A stretch of DNA of 62,898 nt, the filler included, from Parasitella parasitica NRRL 2501 (lineage: Eukaryota > Fungi > Mucoromycota): NCBI GenBank assembly GCA_025201805.1. It is 4 parts of 4 records of this genome, joined end to end, with 100 filler letters (N's around TTAATTAATTAA, not from the genome) between each part and the next. Parts side by side here need not be neighbours in the genome. Positions count along the whole stretch, not along the records: positions 25,134 to 56,804 come from MU619265.1; positions 56,905 to 59,769 come from MU619488.1; positions 59,870 to 62,898 come from MU619510.1; 1 more part is not named here. One strand, 5' to 3'. Below, one piece after another: positions 54,360-62,898 of this stretch. The translations under genes and the position numbers were made by a program. The stretch's first letter is position 1. Each line of letters begins with the position of its first letter. Below the pieces are notes generated by a model. The model was given only the letters and a program-made list of their open reading frames with translations, searched no databases and had not been told where the DNA came from.

Positions 54360-56804
54360 ATGTTGGTTTGCAAAATATTTGCATTAGTTCATTTTCTTTT
54401 CATTGTAAATGCGTTTATCCTGAATGAAACAGATGATATTGATATTATACCAGCATCCAGTTCTACGTCTATGATTCCAGTTCATTCTATATTTCGTGTG
54501 GAATTATCAAGTAAACTTGATAAAAGGAGCTGGCACAAACATGGAAAGCATAATAAACATGATGAAGAAGACGAGAAAGACGATGAGGACGATGATGAAG
54601 GCGATGATGAAGAAAATGAAGAAAATGAAGAAAACGAAGAAAACGAAGAAAATGAAGAAAATGAAGAAAAGGGAGAAAAGGGAGAAAATGAAGACGAAGG
54701 TTGTGAAGACGATGAAGATGAGGGTAATGAGGGTGATGAGGGTGATGAGGATAATGGAGATAATGAGGATAATGAGGGTGATGAAGATGATGAAGAGGAC
54801 TATGACAACAAGGGTGATAGAGAAAAGGATGGCCAAGATGAGAACTATAGAGATGGTAAATCACAGCGAGAATCAATTGCTTACAATACAAAATTAACAA
54901 AACCATTAGACTATGAAGATTGCGAACACTGGAGACATGCAGGAAATGGCGAAAAGTGGGACCCCAAAGAAGCTTCAGGTCATTGGCATCCTCATGGTGA
55001 CAATTGGTGGCATGCTGGAAAAGACAAAAGCGATTGCGATAAAAAGCGACCATCTCATTGTGAAAATCATATATATACCAATTGGAAAACCACTACTGAT
55101 TTACGTACAACAACTGCCTGGTTCACCAAAACTAAATATCAGTGTAGCAAAACAAAAAGTATCAGCCCCTCGAAAATTATGACAACCGTATATACTGGAG
55201 TCCAGACTACTACTACCGTTACCAAAGTGAATACAATTGCATCTTTATCGCAAGCTGCTTCTTCTGTTAAAAATACCAATCTTACAACCACTGGCAAGAT
55301 CAAAACTCCAACACAATTAGCTAGAGCGACCTCGCAGACTACAAAAACGCCCATTAAAGCAACTAAAACAACCGATTCTATTAGAAATACATCAATGCCA
55401 AATAGAACAACCAGAAGTACCTCATCTACGTTTTCATTAACTTATAAATTAACATCAAAACCTTCGAAAACTATGCCATCATCAGTTGCTTCGTCAAGTA
55501 CCTCTAAACCCAAGCCATTACCGTTTAATTCTTCTGCCCCTGCTACTATCACGGCTACTACCACTAGTATTCTTGACTCACCTGAAGAAGAGATCGATGA
55601 GACTCAATCTCAACCACCAGCATTAACCGTAATCAGGTCACTAGATAGCCAATCTCAGGTTCCCTCTATCAAACCTTTTCAATCTTCAAAAAATGCCCCG
55701 CCAAGTGCCGTATCCCCTACCGCTGTTATGAGCACTCCAACACCGAGCAGCTCTTTATTGAATGTGAAATCCCTTGAGGTTGCTACTACTACTAGAAACA
55801 ATATTTCTAGCACACTAACAGCTTTAGAAACAAAATCAACGACTTCTACGAGCAGTTACAGCATAACCCTGCGTGTTTTTGGTTCCATAAGAGACGATTT
55901 ATCTTTTGGGTCCACAGCAACGGATATTAAAACTACATCGTATCAAGATGGTTTTATAAAGGTTTCTAATTCTAGGACACTATCTACTAGCAATACTGTA
56001 TCAGCATCCATTATTTTATCGAATACAATTACTGGTATGGAAAATTCAAAGTGTATGTCATGATAATAACTATAAAACTAACATGACATAGCAACCTTCC
56101 CTCGTAGCATTTCCAACGCTGCTGGATCCACTACTAGTAGCTTGCAGTCTAATCCAAGCATCTCAAGTACCTCTTCAATGACAACTTGTAGCAGTTGTTT
56201 TTCTTCTTCAGCAAAAACCTCAAAAGTATCGACGCATAGTTCCGAAAGTGGCTCTGCTCTCAATACAGCCATCAAATCTGGTTCCACATTTGATTTTTCA
56301 AGCAGCAGATCCAACACTATGTCAAGCTCTCTATCTTTTGATGAATCATATGATTCGTCTGCTTTGAATCAAGCTACCCAACCTGTATTCTCAACTGTCG
56401 CTGAAAGTAATGCAGACTACGATTCCGTCACGACCGCCTCTAATGATATGTATGAGTCGAATAGAGTGTCATCTACATCATTGGAGGATGACTCATATGA
56501 CACCGATATTCTTCATGAAGGCACTCAGCCTAAAGGTTCAACATTTGCGGAAGTTAGCAATGCTTATGACTTCACTACTATATCCTTTGCTACGTATCCT
56601 TCTTCCTCGAGTGTCGTATCGAGTGATGATTCATATGACTCCGACCTCCTCCATGAAGGCACTCAACCTAAAGCCTCAACACTTGCTAAAACTAGCAACG
56701 TCTTTAGCTCTGCTGTTACAGCTAGCGGTGCCGAATCTTTTTCCTCGAGTGATATATCAAGCGACGATTCATACAATTCTGATCTCCTTCATGAAGGCAC
56801 TCAG
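54360..56804 (+). CDS. Secreted acidic and Ser/Thr-rich mucin-like protein with C-terminal tandem repeats; 3' end lost in a gap
   Basis: Hydrophobic signal-like N-terminus, LDKR dibasic site, D/E tract and S/T-rich body. An intron at 56035-56091 joins the two ORFs in frame. Repeats of DDSYDSDLLHEGTQ. Confidence 0.75.
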
Positions 56805-56903
56805 NNNNNNNNNNNNNNNNNNNNNNNNNNNNNNNNNNNNNNNNNNNNTTAATTAATTAANNNNNNNNNNNNNNNNNNNNNNNNNNNNNNNNNNNNNNNN
56901 NNN

Positions 56904-57206
56904 NGTTTATCCACATAACATCTGATGTTTGACAAGAAGTGTCAAACCTTATTAAATCACAGTATTTCCAGGACAGACTTATCTTTCTATTTTACATCAA
57001 AGAGAAGATTGGGTAGGATGTCTTCCCGACATCCCGCGATCTGATCTAGATGTATTCTTTGAATAAGCCTGGAATCTTGCAAGAGGTCGAATTACAACTT
57101 GTAGCTTATTCCTTATTTGTAAAAGAATTACCAACAATTAATATCATGATCCGTGCATTATGACTAAGTTAGATATGACACATGTAGCCTTTTTATGGAT
57201 ACAACA
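56904..57206 (-). mobile_element. LTR family A, partial copy (cut by a gap)
   Basis: Reverse complement of the 5' part of 23432-23857 and of 59293 onward. Confidence 0.8.
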
Positions 57207-57398
57207 TTATAAATACAGGGTATTTCGAAATTATTCACGCACTTTTTGAAAAAAAATTCAAGCAATTGAAAAAATAAAGATCATCTATCTTTCATCTCTT
57301 ACTCATATTTTATATACACTTAATAAAACAGCACAAAACTAACACATCTCTGCACACGACAAAACGACTACAGACACTACATTTTTTTTGTAAAAGAT

Positions 57399-57472
57399 TA
57401 CCCAGTAGGGGGGTCGAACCCCTAACCTTCCGTTTAGAAGACGGATGCCATATCCAATTAGGCCAACCGGGC
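57399..57472 (-). tRNA. tRNA-Arg (anticodon UCU)
   Basis: GCCCGGT/ACTGGGT acceptor stem, D arm, TCCGT-CT-TCT-AA-ACGGA anticodon arm, GTTCGA T-loop and a downstream T4 terminator. Confidence 0.93.
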
Positions 57473-57715
57473 TAATATATATTGGAACTTGAAATACAAC
57501 ATTTACATTATGCGATACCACAGTAATTAAACCTGAGCTAAACAGAAAGCAAGAATTTGGTGCGTAAACCAGACTTGGAGCATTACTTCTGTCAATGTAA
57601 ATTAGAAGGAAGCTCACAATTTTGAATAAATCAAAATTTTTTATATTTGAATTCTGTCCTATATACTGTACTTAATTGCTATTTTCTTTGCTGAGATACC
57701 ATTGATATTGTTATG

Positions 57716-59244
57716 TGATGTATATTTCATCAGATATTTCAATACAATAAAAAGAGACTTGTAATAATTCACAGCTTTCATCTGTATCCGAACAATAAAA
57801 GAAGTATACCGTTTATTAAGCTATAAATACAGGGTATTTATATCTTCAATTATTTACTACAACTGAGATGGTAGCCGTAAGAACCAATAGATTAATGTGA
57901 TGATAGTAGTATGTTGTCATCACTGTTGAAGAACGAATAGAAAATACACCGTGTTATCATTATCAATTGGTTTGATATGTTTCATTGTTGAGATTAATCC
58001 AAGAATATGAGCTGATTGTGAAAATCAGAAGAAACACTAAAATAAAATACTTTTTAAGATGTTGTTTTATTTTATGTTAGGATGAGGATCTTCTCATGGC
58101 TATGAATAAACTATTGCTATTTATACTAAATGTGGAATTTAAAGATAAAGAAATATACCATGATGGTGTGATGTATGATTGACCAATAAACCTGATAGAA
58201 AGATTGAAAGTAGATGTTGATGAAGATAGAAATTGACAACTACAACATTAATTGGTGTATTGTAGATATAAAAAATTTATGGACTTGTTTATAGGCAAGA
58301 TCTTTATCAATATACCTTTAGGTAACTAAAATGTTTATTAAAGTTTATATCACGAAATTGACATTAAAGTTGTACAATTCCGCGGGTAAACCAATGTACA
58401 AATCCTGTTCTATGACACTGATGTAACATTGATATATATCACTGCTACATCTGCACTATATCAATTCCTACAAGTACTACGCTTGCTGATTTACTGCAAA
58501 TATATTATATGATTGTATCAGATACGAATCAGTATAATATCTCAACGGTCACTGGATATCGCAATGTCTCGGCTGCCATGACATCAACAAGATATATGCG
58601 GACTTGCTCAAATGTCAAGGTGCGAACAAACTATTTGATATGTTACATCTGTTATGCGCAGAGGATATATAATATGATCTGCTCAAAAAAATGTATAAAT
58701 TTATAAAAATAAAATCAGACACAAAAACTAATGACTTTATTGATAAAAAAATGCCATCTTTTTATACTAGATTATATTATCTATTGTAACACTATTTGTC
58801 ATCATGGTTAAACATTGAACTTGGTATTACATACCAAGTTTATTACAACATGTTCTACTGTACATTAATAGCTTATTCCTTGTCATTGAGTATACAAAGA
58901 ATTACCAATCTAATAATTGCTTAATCTCATGCCTTTCTGGCACAACAACATCAGCTCATACTCTTGGATCAATTTCAACAATGAAACATATCAAACCAAT
59001 TGACAATGATAACACGGTGTATTTTCTATTCGTTCATCAACAGTGACAACATACTACTATCACATTAATCTATTGGTTCTTACGGCTACCATCTCAGTTG
59101 TAGTAAATAATTGAAGATATAAATACCCTGTATTTATATCATAATAAACGGTATACTTCTTTTATTGTTCGGATACAGTTGAAAGCTGTGAATTATTACA
59201 AGTCTCTTTTTATTGTATTGAAATATCTGTAGAAATATACATCA
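57716..59244. mobile_element. Foldback-like element: ~300-bp imperfect inverted repeats around ~0.9 kb of non-coding DNA
   Basis: 57716-~58020 is the reverse complement of ~58941-59244 with small indels. No target-site duplication is evident. Confidence 0.6.
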
Positions 59245-59292
59245 AAAACTCGTTGAATGACGAGCCGCCATAATTGATATCTTTGTCATTAT

Positions 59293-59769
59293 TGTTGTAT
59301 CCATATAAAGGCTACATATGTCATATCTAACTTAGTCATAATGCACGGATCATGATATTAATTGTTGGTAATTCTTTTACAAATAAGGAATAAGCTACAA
59401 GTTGTAATTCGACCTCTTGCAAGATTCCAGGCTTATTCAAAGAATACATCAAGATCAGATTGCGGGATGTCGGGAAGACATCCTACCCAATCTTCTCTTT
59501 GATGTAAAATAGAAAGATAAGTCTGTCCTGGAAATGCTGTGATTTAATAAGGTTTGACACTTCTTGTCAAACATCAGATGTTATGTGGATAAACATTGAT
59601 TGGGATATATTCTAGTATAAATAGAGATTATATCTTATGTCAATAAAAGTCTTCAGTTTTGTATCTGGTGTTATATCAATAACATGGCAAGGTCTCACAT
59701 CAGGATCTCAGATCAGTCCCAGGGTCTTACAGTAAATCATGGGTAGTCATGATTTACATTATGCAGCTA
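59293..59769 (+). mobile_element. LTR family A (59293-59668) interrupted by LTR family B (59669-59769, cut by a gap)
   Basis: Matches 23432-~23807, then switches abruptly to TGTTATATCAATAAC, the start of LTR B. Confidence 0.8.
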
Positions 59770-59869
59770 NNNNNNNNNNNNNNNNNNNNNNNNNNNNNNN
59801 NNNNNNNNNNNNNTTAATTAATTAANNNNNNNNNNNNNNNNNNNNNNNNNNNNNNNNNNNNNNNNNNNN

Positions 59870-61326
59870 AGTGTCTCAACATCAAACAGAGCCAGGTCGG
59901 GCGGCACGTTGTAGGGCAGGTCCAATGCAGCAGATGGAGGAGGAGCAGGACGAGAAGCAGAAGTCAGAAGCGAGCCATTATACACAGAGGCGAGATGAGT
60001 GGCCATAGCCTCAACAGATGCCGTTGGGCCATCTGGATGGCTATATGTGGCAGACGACTCTTTTTGGCGCTTGATCCGCTTGATGGCAGCTGTGGCTTTG
60101 GAAAAATCCTTTTCCAAATCAGAACAAAACTGTTGCCAAGACCTTCTTTTCGCAGCTTGCACCAAAGAACGAAAACGTCGATGGTCAGCTTGGAATATAC
60201 CCCATTTCTCGATTTTAGCAGACCTACTGGCCCACCTCCATCTACTATATGAGGCATCCCGTTCACGCGCAGCATCCTCAATTTCCTGAGTCCAGTACTT
60301 TTTCCAATGACCAGGACGACCAGATTTCACACCAATTGACCCGTCAAGAGATTCATACAAACAACAATTCAGAGAATCATTGAGTGCATCAATATCAGGA
60401 CGAACTCCAGGAGGAGCAGACACCAAAGCAGACAAATCACCAACCAAAGGAGCAACAGAAGATCGAAAGGATTCACGAAGCAAGCCCAAGGGCTGCTCTT
60501 TCGTCAATTTTGAGAGCTTCCATTGCCGTCGAGGAGCAAAACCAGAATCACCAGTAGAAGCAGGATAGTCACCAGATGAGGGCACATACCCAAAGGTAAG
60601 TGACAACAGCCGATGATCAGAGCCAAGAGACAGATCAGATTCAACCACCAGTTGAGGATTTAGCACGCTACATTCACCAATATTTGTCATAAATAAATCA
60701 ATAATGCTGCCTATTTCTTGTTGCCGTCGAAACGCCGTAAATGTGGGGATACCGTGTGCCAGTGTCTCATTGAGGATCGAAAGAGACGATTCCTCAAGCC
60801 ATGGTAGAAGAGCAGTACCACGGGGATTGACATTGGTATCACCCAGTAGAGACCCAAAACGGGCGTTAAAATCACCACATATAATGGTGTCCCTGTTCAG
60901 AGGTAGAGAACGAAGAATCGAGAGCACCTTATCAGATGATAAGGGTGGAGGGAGATACACACAGTGAACCGTAAGGGTGCCAGCCTTGAGGGACAAAGTG
61001 TGCGGATTGTAAGACGGGAGTTGAGAGACAGTAAAAGGACAGGAAGGGGAGACAAAGGCTGTAATTCCACCAGAGCCACGACCAAAAGCACCAGGTACTT
61101 GTGAGCCATAGAGATGAAATTGTTGCCAATCCGAAGGAAAAGAACCAGAGAGAAGCCAGGTTTCAGTAACTAAAAGTATATTGGTATTCATAGCATGGGA
61201 GAGAACATCATGGGCTACGGATTGCCGTAGACCATTTGCGTTCCAAAGAGACATAGACATAGGAAAGGAGTGGACTGGGTTAGTGTTGGCATAAGTATAT
61301 ATTGTATTAGCTGCTAAAGAACTCAT
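59870..61326 (-). CDS. Non-LTR retrotransposon ORF2, APE endonuclease part (RT region lost in a gap)
   Basis: WNANGL, VTETW, VYLPP, ICGDFNAR, SIIDLF, LGSDH and KKYWT..I...R are APE/LINE motifs. Confidence 0.92.
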
Positions 61327-62291
61327 TAAAGTTCCATAGCAGAGCTATTGTTGTCAGCGGCTGTTTTTCTGCGCTTGAACAGAAAGGTAGCTTTCTTGGG
61401 CTCCTTTTCAGCGAAGCGCCCCATTGCAGCAGACACAGCGGAATCGAGTTCCTCTTGCGAGATCCAACCAGCAGAGACAAAGTATTTGCCAACGCCACTA
61501 ACGTTAAGTGGACGAAGGAAGGAAAGGGTTTGCAGGGCACGAGTATTAGTGAATTCATAGATCAATGATTCATGTTCCTCGCTGTCCAGAGAGTCATATT
61601 GAGGGTCTGCAATATGTTTCGGATCTAAAGGTTCAAATTGCTCAATGGTCTCAGCTTCGCATTTCTTCATACAAGCAAGGAAAGTGTCCACATATTGAAC
61701 GTGCAGAAGAATGCCAATGACGCCAGAGGCAGGGAAACAGATATCAAGGACACGGCCAGTATCTACAACAACCTTGCGGAAGGCAGAGCGAATTTCAGAT
61801 CTTTGGATCTTACCAGATCGACCAATATAAACATATTGGTAACCTTGGGGACCCTTGGCCTCGGGAGACTTAAAGAGACGACCCGCAGCAAGACGTCGCT
61901 TGGCAGTAAGGTTAGGGTCATATCGTTTAGCACCTAATTTGGCAGCGTTCAGATACGTATTGCTCGTGGCAATAGCTGGTTGTTTGGGATGAGGCTCGAT
62001 TTGGTAATCCGGAACCTTGCTGGAGGTTTCCTGATCCGCTTCAGGAGATGAATTACGTGCATTGCCACGTGCTAACTGACCTTGTTATTCTTGAATGACA
62101 AGGTCCTTTGTTAAGAGATCATTCTTTAAGGCCTGATTCTCCTGTTCCAACTTATCCAGACGCTCCAAAAGATTATCATGCTCTTGGACCTTCTTTTGGA
62201 CTGTATCAAGTTGTGCTTGAATATGCCCGAGTAACTGAGGGAGCTGGTTGATATCAAAGTTCCTGAGAGCTTTGATGTTAGCTGTTGACAT
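61326..62291 (-). pseudogene. LINE ORF1 (coiled coil plus RRM-like region) with one premature stop
   Basis: ORFs 62085-62291 and 61326-61691 share a frame, which is open between them except for TAA at 62087-62085. Its final stop overlaps the ORF2 ATG (TAATG). Confidence 0.8.
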
Positions 62292-62814
62292 TCTAGTTTA
62301 CAGTTGCAAAGATTTTTGAAGAAAAGAGCTGGCAGTTTGATCAAAAAAATAGAGACTTATAGCAATAAACTAAGGTTAATAAACACAAGTCTAGTGATAT
62401 AATTTGTATTGCTCTGGAAAAGTATTTGTTAACAATAAAATGTTTTTATAAAGATATGAGAGAACTGTTACTACCAAAAAGCAAAGGTAGCAAAAAGTGA
62501 TGAAAAACGGAAAGAGATGGAAAAAAGGCTCACTTAGCTCAGTTTAAAGATTGTTTTTTATTTAAAGAATTTAGTGGGCACTCGATATGAGCATAGCCTA
62601 ATTCCAAGTACTAATGTTGAGGACTAAAAAACCCCTGCAGAGCACTATCAGCAAAGAGGAAAAATGGAGTGACAAGTGGATGCAGCACAGTGGGACTAGT
62701 GGTGCTACCATTGAGGATCTCGAGGGTCAACCAACGGATGGGAACTTTGATTTGACTTACCACCGTGGAGCCGCACGTAGAAAGCAACAATGGAGCATGT
62801 TCATCTCTGTCAGA

Positions 62815-62898
62815 TCAACCAGGACGGTACCAAAGAGACGCTGGATCTGGATCCGGAGCGATAATAGCCAGAGGATGCACAAGGCAATCAATGGCGTA
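62815..62898 (-). mobile_element. Probable C-terminal end of ORF2 of a second, upstream LINE copy
   Basis: Frame open from the window edge: YAIDCLVHPLAIIAPDPDPASLWYRPG*, in LINE-like GC-richer composition and the same orientation. Identification is from recall and is tentative. Confidence 0.4.

Overview
Eukaryotic, AT-rich, intron-rich fungal DNA. Gene and transposon content suggest Mucorales (inference). Housekeeping genes recognised: PMP3-family proteolipid, DHHC palmitoyltransferase, Zn2Cys6 transcription factor, POP1, ALG5, PMS1/PMS2, GGTase-I beta, CCR4, CAB2/PPCS, a CAMK-group kinase, RPL33, HPPD, PTC7, UGDH, a LITAF-domain protein, TDP1, a mucin-like secreted protein and tRNA-Arg(UCU). 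Mobile DNA includes a Helitron-type 3' end, a Fanzor/TnpB relic beside a Tc1 fragment, an intact Tc1/mariner inserted 23 bp before the PMS1 start codon, nested LTRs, a foldback-like repeat and LINEs. The most striking structure is a ~9.6 kb TA-flanked element (40986-50622) that is nearly a palindrome. Each ~4 kb arm carries an intact DD34E transposase, a dead HTH-only fragment and a 12/15-bp tandem array. The arms point inward at a spliced, apparently intact serine-recombinase-like gene in a 1.56 kb unique core. Exon boundaries were read by eye and no database searches were run.
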